Below, in pieces: positions 27,887 through 36,946 of a stretch of DNA of 64,000 bases. Below the pieces are notes generated by a model. That model was not told where the DNA came from. It was given only the letters and a program-made list of their open reading frames with translations, and did no database searches. This stretch comes from an uncultured bacterium (lineage in GTDB: Bacteria > Patescibacteriota > Minisyncoccia > Phycocordibacterales > Phycocordibacteraceae), in assembly GCA_937879955.1 (NCBI GenBank), contig CALFMK010000001.1, positions 267,766 through 331,765 of the forward strand, written 5' to 3'. Within the stretch, counting starts at the first letter, position 1. Each line of letters starts with the position of its first letter. The position numbers were made by a program, and so were the translations under genes.

Positions 27887-28423
27887 CTATAGCCTGCGAC
27901 TGTCATAGGCCCAATGTAGGAGCGCCTGGCGCTGGCGCGTATGGCAGGTAGCGTCGCCCGCGCGGCACGCGTTCTTCACCTGCGCCACGTGACGCACCAT
28001 CTGCTTCCAGCGCCTTATCTGGCGCGCATCCTCGGCCGGGATCCTCCGGCCGGAATAATACCGGCAGTACCACTGGAACCAGCCTCGCGGGTCTTCGTCA
28101 TAGATCCAGCCCTTCGCGCGCCACACGGACAGGGGCTGCGACGCGTCTACGCCGAAATAGTTGAGGGACTTGTCATGCCGTTCCGGGGAGAGCTTGGCAT
28201 GCGTGAACCAGTCCTCCGGGAATTCCCCGCGGCCGTCCGTCATGTATTTCCCGCCGAAGACACCGAGCGCGAGCATCTCCTTTGGCGAGAGGTCCGGCCG
28301 GAACTCCGGGTCGAAGTGCTTGCCCATGGGCTCGGTGCGCAGGTACCGATAGTCCTTCTGCATCAGGTCGTTCACGACGACTTCCGTTGGCGTCATGCCC
28401 CCTATACTAGCAAACCCCGCCAA
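27887..28423 (-). CDS. conserved hypothetical protein (W/Y/R-rich, GWFQWYCRYYSGRR motif)
   Basis: 178-aa ORF, good coding potential, no family recognised by eye. Confidence 0.5.
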   Translation of the reverse strand: MAGFASIGGMTPTEVVVNDLMQKDYRYLRTEPMGKHFDPEFRPDLSPKEMLALGVFGGKYMTDGRGEFPEDWFTHAKLSPERHDKSLNYFGVDASQPLSVWRAKGWIYDEDPRGWFQWYCRYYSGRRIPAEDARQIRRWKQMVRHVAQVKNACRAGDATCHTRQRQALLHWAYDSRRL

Positions 28424-28458
28424 GGGGCGGGGTTTGCATTTCTCACGCGAGCCGAATG

Positions 28459-29172
28459 CTACTTGAGCTCCGCGTCGATGAGCGGCTTGAAGGCCGAGAA
28501 CGGCTGCGCGCCCGAGAGGCTCGTCTTGCCGATGATCGTGCCTGGCGTGCCGTTGATACCGAAGGAGCTTCCCTCGGTGCGGTCAGCGGCGATCGCTGCC
28601 TTGTACTCCTCGCCCTTGTCGGCGATGAGCTTCGCGATGCGGTCGGTGTCGAGGCCGAGCTCCTTCGTCATCGCGGTGATGGTCGCAGAGTCGCCGAAGC
28701 CGCCATGCTCCTCATCCTGGTGCTCAGCCATCGCGCGGTACCACTCGTACCAGCGATCAGGATACGCCTCCCAGACGGCACGGGCGTAGACGGCAGCGGT
28801 ATCGGAATCCTCGCCGAGGAACTGGAAGTCCTTGAAGACGATGCGGACCTTTCCGTCCTTCACGTATGCGTTGTTGATGTCGTTGATCGCGCCGAGCTCG
28901 AGCTGCTTGCAGAACGGGCACTGGTAATCGAACCAGAGCGCGATCGTGACCGGCGCGTTCTTGGAGCCGATGTACGGGTTGCCCTCGGTCTTCACGTCCT
29001 TGATGTCGACGTCGACCGCGGCGGCCGGCTGGTTCGGGACGAACTGGCCGGTGCTTCCGCCCTTGCCGAACACGAGCGCCGCGCCGATGACGAGCGCGCC
29101 GATGAGCACCGCGAGCGCGGTCCCGTATTTCTCGAGGAACTCGCCGACGGCCTTCTTATCTTTCTTTTCCAT
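28459..29172 (-). CDS. DsbA-family thiol:disulfide oxidoreductase (membrane-anchored)
   Basis: N-terminal TM, thioredoxin-fold CPFC motif (DYQCPFCKQ). Confidence 0.8.
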   Translation of the reverse strand: MEKKDKKAVGEFLEKYGTALAVLIGALVIGAALVFGKGGSTGQFVPNQPAAAVDVDIKDVKTEGNPYIGSKNAPVTIALWFDYQCPFCKQLELGAINDINNAYVKDGKVRIVFKDFQFLGEDSDTAAVYARAVWEAYPDRWYEWYRAMAEHQDEEHGGFGDSATITAMTKELGLDTDRIAKLIADKGEEYKAAIAADRTEGSSFGINGTPGTIIGKTSLSGAQPFSAFKPLIDAELK

Positions 29173-29266
29173 ACGTACTGTATATGTGCCCTTAAGATGC
29201 TATGCCGATAAGTATAGCAAACCCCCGCCGGAGGCAGGGGCTGCATAGTGGGCACACGGGCTTCCC

Positions 29267-30697
29267 TTACGGGATGAAGGTGAGCGCCTGGCCGGTCTTG
29301 CCCGCGCGGCCGGTGCGGCCGATGCGGTGCGTGTAGTCCTCGTACGTCGACGGGAGGTCGTAGTTGATCACGTGCGAGACGCCCGAGATGTCGAGGCCGC
29401 GGGCCGCGACGTCGGTCGCCGTCAGGACGCGCACGTCGCCGCGCTTGAAGGCGATGAGCGCCTTCTGGCGTGCGGAGTGCGTCTTGTTGCCGTGGATAGA
29501 ATCCGAACGGATGCCCGCGGAGCGGAGGTCCTTCGCGAGGCGCTCGACGCCGTGCTTGGTGCGCCCGAAGACGAGCACCTTCTCGAAGCTGTCCTGCTTG
29601 AGGATCTCGACGAGCTTGTCGAACTTCTGCGAGTGATGGACCTGGACCACGTCCTGATCGATCGTGTGCGACGTCTCGCGCGTCTTCACGCGGACCTGCA
29701 CCGGATCGGTGAGGAAGTCGCCGATGAGGCGCTCGATGTCCCTCGACATGGTTGCCGAGAAGAAGAGCGTGTGGCGCTCGGCGCGCATCTTGCTCATGAT
29801 GAAGCGCATGTCCTCGATGAAGCCCATGTCGAGCATGCGGTCAGCCTCGTCGAGCACGACGGTGCCGAAGTTCGAGAGGTTGAGCTCGCGGCGCTCCATG
29901 AGGTCCTTGAGACGTCCCGGGGTTCCGATGACGAAGGCCGGGTTGCGCTTGAGGACGCGGATCTGCGGGACGATGTTCGCGCCGCCGACGCAGGTGACCG
30001 ACGCGATGCCGAGACCCTTCGCGAAGCCGAAGAACTCCTCCTCGATCTGGATGGCGAGCTCGCGGGTCGGGACCATGACGAGCACGCGCTCGTCCTTGCC
30101 CAGCGCCCGGAACTTGAGCACCTTGTCGATGAGCGGGATGAGGAACGACGCGGTCTTCCCGGTACCGGTGTTCGCGAGACCTACGACATCCTTCCCTGCG
30201 AGGACGTACGGGATCGACTGGTCCTGGATCGGGGTCGGGGTGGTGTAGCCCTTGTTCGCGATGTTCGCCTTGAGGCGCTCGTCCACCGCGAAGTCCGCGA
30301 AGGCGTGAGTCGGGGTGTAGACCTCGACCTCGGCCGGCGCGGTCGCCTTGTTGACGAGCTTCGAGAGGTCGACGTTCATCTCCTGATAGTTGCGTCCTCC
30401 GGAGCGGCCTCCTCCGCGGGAACTCCCGCGCGATCCGCGATCGCCGCCGCCAAAGCCGCCGCGAGACGACCCGCCGTCACGGCGAGGGCCGCGGGAGCCT
30501 CCTCCCGAACGGGAGCGCTTGAACTCCACGGCTGCGGTAGCCGGGCGCTTGAAGCCGTTCTCGAGCGCGAAGCGCATGCCTGCCTCGTACGCGGAGCTTA
30601 CGGGCGCAGGACGTCCGCCGCCGGAGCGGGAACGGTTCGGCGCGCCTCCAGACGAGCGGCGAGGCCCGCGCGAGCGCGTGTCATTCTTCTGATTCAT
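29267..30697 (-). CDS. DEAD-box ATP-dependent RNA helicase with RG/RS-rich N-terminal region
   Basis: Q-motif, GTGKT (motif I), DEAD (VLDEADRMLDMGF), SAT, HRIGRTGR motifs. Confidence 0.9.
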   Translation of the reverse strand: MNQKNDTRSRGPRRSSGGAPNRSRSGGGRPAPVSSAYEAGMRFALENGFKRPATAAVEFKRSRSGGGSRGPRRDGGSSRGGFGGGDRGSRGSSRGGGRSGGRNYQEMNVDLSKLVNKATAPAEVEVYTPTHAFADFAVDERLKANIANKGYTTPTPIQDQSIPYVLAGKDVVGLANTGTGKTASFLIPLIDKVLKFRALGKDERVLVMVPTRELAIQIEEEFFGFAKGLGIASVTCVGGANIVPQIRVLKRNPAFVIGTPGRLKDLMERRELNLSNFGTVVLDEADRMLDMGFIEDMRFIMSKMRAERHTLFFSATMSRDIERLIGDFLTDPVQVRVKTRETSHTIDQDVVQVHHSQKFDKLVEILKQDSFEKVLVFGRTKHGVERLAKDLRSAGIRSDSIHGNKTHSARQKALIAFKRGDVRVLTATDVAARGLDISGVSHVINYDLPSTYEDYTHRIGRTGRAGKTGQALTFIP

Positions 30698-30967
30698 ATT
30701 CGTGAAATGCTAGTGCACGCTGTTCGCGCGCGGTTTGTGTAAGTAGCCAGATTCTGGCTTCAACCGTCCTCGAGAGTTTCAAGCTGTTGCGCTTGCGCGC
30801 TGGTGCCTGGCCTTGAATGACTCTTCAAGACGTCAAACCATGGAGTAACCGTTGTGGCAACAATATAGCAGATACAACGCTTTTTGGCAACCCCTGCCCT
30901 TTCCCCGGCGCTGTGCATAGCAAAGCGCCCGGACTCCTGCCCGGGCGCTCTTCGAGCACGCTGCTAC

Positions 30968-31120
30968 CTATGCGATAGGATTCTTGCCCTGGATGAGGCG
31001 GATGAGCACCACGATGATCGCGATCACGAGGAGCAGGTGCACGAACCCGCCGAGCGTGTACGACGTCACGACGCCGAGGAGCCAGAGGATAAGGAGGATC
31101 GCTGCGATGGTGTAAAGCAT
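30968..31120 (-). CDS. lmo0937-family tiny membrane protein (50 aa)
   Basis: translation MLYTIAAILLILWLLGVVTSYTLGGFVHLLLVIAIIVVLIRLIQGKNPIA; absent from the 60-aa-minimum ORF track. Confidence 0.5.
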   Translation of the reverse strand: MLYTIAAILLILWLLGVVTSYTLGGFVHLLLVIAIIVVLIRLIQGKNPIA

Positions 31121-31228
31121 GGTGTGTATTGATTGGATGTAACCACGTCACCATACCTGAGCGTAGCTGGAGGATTCATGAAGAAAGCCGCTCTCGCGAG
31201 CGACTTTCCTTCTGACGAAACGTCGTGC

Positions 31229-33019
31229 CTAGGACGAGCGCTTGCTCTTCGCACGATCGGTCTCGGTGAGACCCTGCTTGCGGAGGCGGACCGAGACCGG
31301 GGTGATCTCGAGGTACTCGTCCTCGGCCATGACCTCGAGGCCGCGCTCGATGGTGAGCGTGTAGGCCGGGAAGAGGTTGATCGCCTCGTCGTTGCCCGAG
31401 GAGCGGACGTTCGATTGGTTCTTCCCCTTGGTAGGATTGACCACCATCTCCTCGCCCTTCGAGGTGTTGCCCACGACCATGCCCTCGTACACCTCCGTCG
31501 CCGGGACGATGTAGAGCACGCCGCGCTCCTGCATGCTCCAGAGCGCGTAGCCGAGCGCCTTGCCGGTCGCCATGGAGATCATGGAGCCCACCTGGCGCTT
31601 CTTGATCTCGCCCGCGTACGGCTTGAAGCCGATGACACGCGACGAGAGGATGCCTTCGCCCTTCGTGTCCACCACGAACTGGTTGCGGTAGCCGAGGAGT
31701 CCGCGGGTAGGGCCCTCGAGCGTGAGGCGGACGGTGTCGCCCTCCTGCACGAGGTTCTGGAGCACGAACGCGCGGGTGCCGAGGCGCTCGATGATGGCGC
31801 CCTGGTACTCGGTCGGGGTGTCGATGATGACCTCCTCGAACGGCTCGTGCTTCACGCCGTCGATCTCCTGGATGATGACCTGCGGCTGGGAGACCTGCAT
31901 TTCGTAGCCCGCGCGGCGCATGTTCTCGAGGAGGATGGCGATGTGGAGCTCGCCGCGGCCGGAGACCTTGAAGGCGTCAGGCGAGACGAAGTCCACCTTG
32001 AGGCCCACGTTCACCTCGAGCTCGCGCTCGAGGTACTCGCGGAGCTGGCGGCTCGTCACGTACTTGCCCTCGCGGCCCGCGAACGGCGAGTTGTTGACGA
32101 GGAAGTTCACGGTGATCGTCGGCTCGTCGATCGCGATGGCTGGCATCGGCTCGACGGCGGCGTCGGTGGTGACGGTCTCGCCGATGTACGCGTCCTCGAT
32201 GCCAGCGACGATCACGATGTCTCCGGCGATCGCCTCGGGCACGTCGACGCGCTCGACGCCCTTGAAGGTGAAGAGCTTGGTGATCTTCGCGTTTCGGCTC
32301 GCGCCGTCCGGCTTCTTCACGATGACGGTCTGCCCTGCCTTCACGGAGCCCTCGTACACGCGCGCGATGGCGAGGCGTCCGAGGAAGTTGTCGTAGGCGA
32401 GGTTGAAGGTCTGGAGCTTGAGCGGCTTCGCGACGGCGTCCTCGGTCGCTGCTGGCGGCACCTGCTCGAGGATCACGTCGAGGAGCGGCGTGAGGTCCTT
32501 GCGCTCGTCATCGAGCTTGCGCATCGCGACGCCCTCGCGGCCGATCGCGTAGACCGTCGTGAAGTCGGACTGCTCGTCGGAGGCGCCGAGTTCGAGGAAG
32601 AGCTCGAGGACCTGGTCCTCCGCGCGCGCCGGGTCCGCCGCCGGTTTGTCGATCTTGTTGAGCACCACGATAGGCTTCAGGCCGAGCTCGAGGGACTTCT
32701 TGAGCACGAAGCGGGTCTGCGGCATCGGGCCCTCCTGCGCATCCACGATGAGGAGCACGGAGTCGATCGAGCGGAGCACGCGCTCCACCTCCGATCCGAA
32801 ATCGGAGTGTCCCGGGGTGTCCACGATGTTGATCTTGGTGCCCTTGTACTCGATTGAGGTGTTCTTCGAGTAGATGGTGATGCCGCGCTCGTGCTCGAGC
32901 GCGTTCGAGTCCATGGAGACGCCCTCGGCGGCTGCTCCCGTCTGCTTCATGATGGCATCGGTCAGCGTGGTCTTGCCGTGGTCCACGTGCGCGATGATGG
33001 CGATGTTTCGGATTTCCAT
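31229..33019 (-). CDS. typA: translational GTPase TypA/BipA
   Basis: 596 aa; MEIRNIAIIAHVDHGKTTL.., G-domain plus BipA C-terminal domain. Confidence 0.95.
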   Translation of the reverse strand: MEIRNIAIIAHVDHGKTTLTDAIMKQTGAAAEGVSMDSNALEHERGITIYSKNTSIEYKGTKINIVDTPGHSDFGSEVERVLRSIDSVLLIVDAQEGPMPQTRFVLKKSLELGLKPIVVLNKIDKPAADPARAEDQVLELFLELGASDEQSDFTTVYAIGREGVAMRKLDDERKDLTPLLDVILEQVPPAATEDAVAKPLKLQTFNLAYDNFLGRLAIARVYEGSVKAGQTVIVKKPDGASRNAKITKLFTFKGVERVDVPEAIAGDIVIVAGIEDAYIGETVTTDAAVEPMPAIAIDEPTITVNFLVNNSPFAGREGKYVTSRQLREYLERELEVNVGLKVDFVSPDAFKVSGRGELHIAILLENMRRAGYEMQVSQPQVIIQEIDGVKHEPFEEVIIDTPTEYQGAIIERLGTRAFVLQNLVQEGDTVRLTLEGPTRGLLGYRNQFVVDTKGEGILSSRVIGFKPYAGEIKKRQVGSMISMATGKALGYALWSMQERGVLYIVPATEVYEGMVVGNTSKGEEMVVNPTKGKNQSNVRSSGNDEAINLFPAYTLTIERGLEVMAEDEYLEITPVSVRLRKQGLTETDRAKSKRSS

Positions 33020-33191
33020 AGGTGTAATGTGGGACTCGATAAATAAAAAGCCCGCCAGGGCTCAGATGTCCATAAAATAACCTTATATATGGTATGCGTC
33101 AATGCGCTTGACCGGCCTTGGCCGGCTGCTACACTGGATGAACAAATGGCCATATGGCTCCCGAGGACCCGCCGAGAGGCGGGTCCGTCTG

Positions 33192-33584
33192 TTATTCGGT
33201 TATCATCGCAGCTAAGGAGCAGCGGATTCGATCGAATAGCTTCCGGTCGATTCTCCGTATCTTGCGCGTGAACCGCTTCGTGCTGAGAAGACGTACCTGG
33301 GAGATGATCGCAGCGAAACTCGCCCCTGCATGCTCGAAGGCTATGTAATAGGGATTATTCTTGCTCTTCGTCGTCAACGGCACGGCAAGCACGATCCTGT
33401 CGTTGAATTTCCGAAGCACGAGCACGGGACGCTCGAACTGCTCGTTCTTTCCATCCTCCTCATCGCCAACGTTCAGTCCGAGTGATGCCCACCATATCTC
33501 ACGCGCATGGATATAGCGCGAGAAGCTCCCGTCATGGATGGATCTCTTCCGGAGATTCCACGTATCGAAGTCCTTTTGCATCAC
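33192..33584 (-). CDS. MazF/PemK-family endoribonuclease toxin-like protein
   Basis: 130 aa; aligns by eye to EndoA/MazF fold (REIWWASLG.NVG.E.DG..RPVLVL....VLAVPLTT...YYIAF...SQVRLLS..R); low-GC surroundings; no recognisable adjacent antitoxin. Confidence 0.55.
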   Translation of the reverse strand: MMQKDFDTWNLRKRSIHDGSFSRYIHAREIWWASLGLNVGDEEDGKNEQFERPVLVLRKFNDRIVLAVPLTTKSKNNPYYIAFEHAGASFAAIISQVRLLSTKRFTRKIRRIDRKLFDRIRCSLAAMITE

Positions 33585-33665
33585 GTGATGCTACGGGATG
33601 CGAGATAAGCTTTTCCTTGAAATGATCTCGCGAAAGAATGAACTCGACCCTACGGCATGGGCGCG

Positions 33666-33869
33666 CTAGCGAGGTCGGCCTTTCAGCACCTTATAGAGCC
33701 CTTCGAGGACCTCGAGCGCCTCTGCCTTCGTGACGATCATCTCCGTCTCGGAGTCAGGGCCTTCGATGTAGATGGAGACGCTCGGCACCTTCCTCAGGGA
33801 ATCGTCCTTCACCTGGAGGGTTATGTCGTTCCCGAGCTCGTTCTTGAAGCGTCTGGTGTAGAGGGCCAT
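33666..33869 (-). CDS. small hypothetical protein (67 aa) upstream of the MazF-like gene
   Basis: ORF from MALYTRRFKNELGNDITLQVKDD..; no family recognised. Confidence 0.3.
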   Translation of the reverse strand: MALYTRRFKNELGNDITLQVKDDSLRKVPSVSIYIEGPDSETEMIVTKAEALEVLEGLYKVLKGRPR

Positions 33870-33934
33870 GGTGCGGTGAATGGAGTATACCCTGCCCGAT
33901 ACGGGAAAGCGGACGCCGAAGCGTCCGCTCACTG

Positions 33935-34159
33935 TTATCTGGGCACCTGGCGGTGCAGCACGAAGACGGCGTCGCCCGGGACCAGGATGGCTCTCGGGTC
34001 CTTGCACGAGAAGACGCCGTGGACACGCTCGCGGAAGGCGGCCTCTTCTCCCTGCGTCTGCTCGATGTAGGCAAGACGGGTATCGATCGCCGCGAACTGT
34101 CGCTTCTTCCGTTGCGTCATCCGATGGAGCCGGAGACGCGCACGCGCTCTCTGGAACAT
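33935..34159 (-). CDS. small hypothetical protein (74 aa)
   Basis: AGGAAGGAG 8 nt upstream of ATG; possibly the 5' part of a frameshifted gene continuing in 33666..33869. Confidence 0.3.
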   Translation of the reverse strand: MFQRARARLRLHRMTQRKKRQFAAIDTRLAYIEQTQGEEAAFRERVHGVFSCKDPRAILVPGDAVFVLHRQVPR

Positions 34160-34226
34160 GGAAATTCTCCTTCCTCTTCCCTCACCCTACCCGACAGCAT
34201 GCGGAGGACGCAAGGATTCCTTGTGC

Positions 34227-35243
34227 CTAACGCAGATAACGCTCGATGTTGCGGAGCTGTCCCGCGTAGGTCGCGGAGCAGTGGATCACGCCGTCCGCGT
34301 CATGGAGGTAGTAGATGCAGTCCGTGTGCTCGGGATTGAGCGCGGCCTCGATCGAATCGAGCGACGGGTTCGCGATCGGATGCGGCGGCAGCCCGCTGTT
34401 CTTGTACGTATTAAATGGAGAGTCGAGCTGCTTGTCCTCGCTCTTCACCTGCGGCCACCAGTTCCCCTCGGAGCCCTTGATGTATTGCAGCGTGGCGTCC
34501 ACCTGCAGGCGCATGCCGTCGTTGATGCGGTTCCAGAGGATGCCGGCGACCAGGTGCTTGTCGTTCTTCGCGGCCTCGCGCTCGATGAGGGACGCCATCG
34601 TGAGCGCCTCGGTCCACGTCACGTTCTTCTCCACGGCGAGTTCCGCGTACGGCGCGAAGACCTCCTCGAAGCGGTCGCGCAGCCTCGCCGCCACCTGCGC
34701 AGGCGCCTGGTCCGACGGGATGAGGTACGTGTCGCCGTAGTAGACGCCCTCGATCTGCTCGAAGGTGGGTGCGGTATCCACGTCGACGAACTCGCGCTTC
34801 TGCTCCTCGGTCCATGCCAGCTTCTTCGCGAGGTAGTCGGCGATCTGTTCCTTGCGCCAGCCCGGCGGGAACGTGATCCAGGCGAGGTACGGCGGCCGCG
34901 AGAGGAGGTTCGCCACGGTCCACACGTCCATGGACGGCGAGATCATGTACCCGCCTTCGCGTACGTCGTTCATATGCCCCGTGCCGCGGTACGCGATGCG
35001 GAACGCCGTCATGCTCTTGATGTAGCCGCCGGCCTTGAGCTCCTGCGCGACCGTCTCGAACTCGCTGTCCGGCGCGACGATGAACTCGGTCGGCGCGACG
35101 CGCGATGCCGTCACCGGCCCGAAGTACTTCGCGTACAGGAGGACGAACGCCACGAGCAGCAGCACGCAGGCGGCGCCCGCGATAACGAGAAGGCGCCGGG
35201 AAGGCCGGCGTTTCCGTATCGTCTCGAGGAAGGCGATATGCAT
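34227..35243 (-). CDS. mltG: endolytic murein transglycosylase MltG (YceG-like)
   Basis: start trimmed to MHIAFLETIRKRR..(TM); YceG-like domain with ..GILWNRI..LQVDATLQY.. Confidence 0.8.
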   Translation of the reverse strand: MHIAFLETIRKRRPSRRLLVIAGAACVLLLVAFVLLYAKYFGPVTASRVAPTEFIVAPDSEFETVAQELKAGGYIKSMTAFRIAYRGTGHMNDVREGGYMISPSMDVWTVANLLSRPPYLAWITFPPGWRKEQIADYLAKKLAWTEEQKREFVDVDTAPTFEQIEGVYYGDTYLIPSDQAPAQVAARLRDRFEEVFAPYAELAVEKNVTWTEALTMASLIEREAAKNDKHLVAGILWNRINDGMRLQVDATLQYIKGSEGNWWPQVKSEDKQLDSPFNTYKNSGLPPHPIANPSLDSIEAALNPEHTDCIYYLHDADGVIHCSATYAGQLRNIERYLR

Positions 35244-35268
35244 GGACAGGTATTGTACCCTACGGTCC

Positions 35269-36936
35269 CTAGCCCTCGGCTGCGTAGAGCACCCGCGCGA
35301 GCTTGAGCTCGTCGAAGGAGTATTTCGCCTTGAAGTAGCTATGCACCGGCGTGAGCTTCTCCGTCCCCTTCTCGTCGAACGCGCGGTATATGGTATCGAG
35401 CGCGCCGCGCAGCCTCGCCGGGATGCGCTCCTCGAGGAGGTCGGGCGTGATGCGGCCCGAGGACGCGAGTTTCGCCGCATGGTCCGCGATCGTGCCGAGC
35501 GTGAGCTTCCGCTCCTTCGCGATCTCCGCGAGCGTCTTCCCTTCCTCGAGCAGGGCGAGGGTCTCGTCCACAGTGCTCCGCTTCTCGGGACGCTCGCCAA
35601 GCGCTGCCGCCTCGAGCGTGCCGCCCGAGGCCTTTATGAAATTCTGTTCCATCTGCTCGCGCTCGTTGTTCGCCTCGAGCGCCTCGAAGGTCGCCACCGC
35701 GAGCTCGGACGACACGCGCATCTGCTTGTCGAGCGCAAGCACCTGCGGGTGCACCATGAGCGCGTTCTCGCTCCAGCCGAGGAGATGGACGCCCGCAAGG
35801 GTGCGCACGCGCGAGAGCGCGACGTATCCCTGCCCGTACTCGAAGGAGCGCGAGAGGTCCATCGCCGCGGCGTCGAGGCTCTGGCCCTGGCTCTTATGCA
35901 CCGTGATGGCCCAGGCGAGCTTGAGCGGGACCTGGCTGAGCTTCGCCTTCACCTTCCCGCCCTCCTCCACCGCCCAGTCCGCCGGCGCGATGGTGAGCTC
36001 GCGGCCGTTCCTGGTCTCGATGATCGGATAGCCCGTCCCGCGCTCGAAGCCGATCACGATGCCGAGCGTTCCGTTCGCGTAGCCGGCGGCCGGGTTGTTC
36101 TTCGTCGCCATCACCACCGCGCCCTCCTTGAGCACGAGCGTCTCCGGCGAGAGGCAGCCGCGCTTGAGCGCCTCCGCGAGCGCCGCGGAGCCGGCCTGCG
36201 ACATCGAGAAGGTCTTGGGCGCGCCCGGGAGCTTCGCGAGCTCCTGCGCGTTGATGCGGTCCACGTCCGCGTTATGCGTGAAGAGCTGCGGCACGCCTTC
36301 CTCGAGACTGTCGTACTCCGCCTCGCGCGCCGTGATAGCGGACACGTGCGTATGGTCCCACTCACCCGCGCGTATAGCGCCGAGAATCGAGAGGAACGAT
36401 GCATCCTCCTGGCGGTGCTGCTCGGTGAGGTAGCAGACGATCGGGTTGAGCTTCGTCCAGCTCGGTGACTCGAACGCGAACTGCACCGCGCTGCGGGAGA
36501 CCGGCGGGAGCTGGAAGAAGTCGCCCACGAGCACCACCTGCATCCCGCCGAATGCCCGCTCAGGCTCATGCCTGACGGTGCGCGCCACCTCGTCCACCAT
36601 GGAGAGGACGTTCGCGGAGAGCATCGACACCTCGTCGATGATGAGTACCTTCGCCTTCTGGAGGCGCTTCGCCACATGCTCCTTGCTCGCGATCGTATCG
36701 AGCAGCTCGGGCGTCATGCGGTCCGCGATGCCGATGCCGCTCCAGGCGTGCAGCGTCATGCCGCCCACGTGCGTCGCCGCGATGCCGGTGGAGGCGGTGA
36801 TGGACGGCTCGATGCCGTGCGAGCGCAGCCACGCGATATACGCGTTCACGGTATGCGTCTTGCCGCTCCCGGGCTCTCCGGTGAGGAATACGTTCGCGCC
36901 CGTCTTCAGTATGGAAAGCGCTTCGGCCTGGGTCAT
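35269..36936 (-). CDS. Pif1/RecD-family ATP-dependent DNA helicase with C-terminal HTH domain
   Basis: Walker A GEPGSGKTH, Walker B VLIIDEVSM, motifs LVGDFFQLPPV; C-terminal HTH (TLAEIAKERKLTLGTIADH). Confidence 0.8.
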   Translation of the reverse strand: MTQAEALSILKTGANVFLTGEPGSGKTHTVNAYIAWLRSHGIEPSITASTGIAATHVGGMTLHAWSGIGIADRMTPELLDTIASKEHVAKRLQKAKVLIIDEVSMLSANVLSMVDEVARTVRHEPERAFGGMQVVLVGDFFQLPPVSRSAVQFAFESPSWTKLNPIVCYLTEQHRQEDASFLSILGAIRAGEWDHTHVSAITAREAEYDSLEEGVPQLFTHNADVDRINAQELAKLPGAPKTFSMSQAGSAALAEALKRGCLSPETLVLKEGAVVMATKNNPAAGYANGTLGIVIGFERGTGYPIIETRNGRELTIAPADWAVEEGGKVKAKLSQVPLKLAWAITVHKSQGQSLDAAAMDLSRSFEYGQGYVALSRVRTLAGVHLLGWSENALMVHPQVLALDKQMRVSSELAVATFEALEANNEREQMEQNFIKASGGTLEAAALGERPEKRSTVDETLALLEEGKTLAEIAKERKLTLGTIADHAAKLASSGRITPDLLEERIPARLRGALDTIYRAFDEKGTEKLTPVHSYFKAKYSFDELKLARVLYAAEG

Positions 36937-36946
36937 TAAGAACGTA

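Noticed and set aside
33666-34007. 113-aa version of the ORF upstream of the MazF-like gene (and 33754..34074, 106 aa)
   Set aside because: The N-terminal parts are Arg/Pro-rich junk overlapping a better-supported small ORF with an SD. Only the C-terminal 67-aa segment from an internal ATG was kept, at low confidence.
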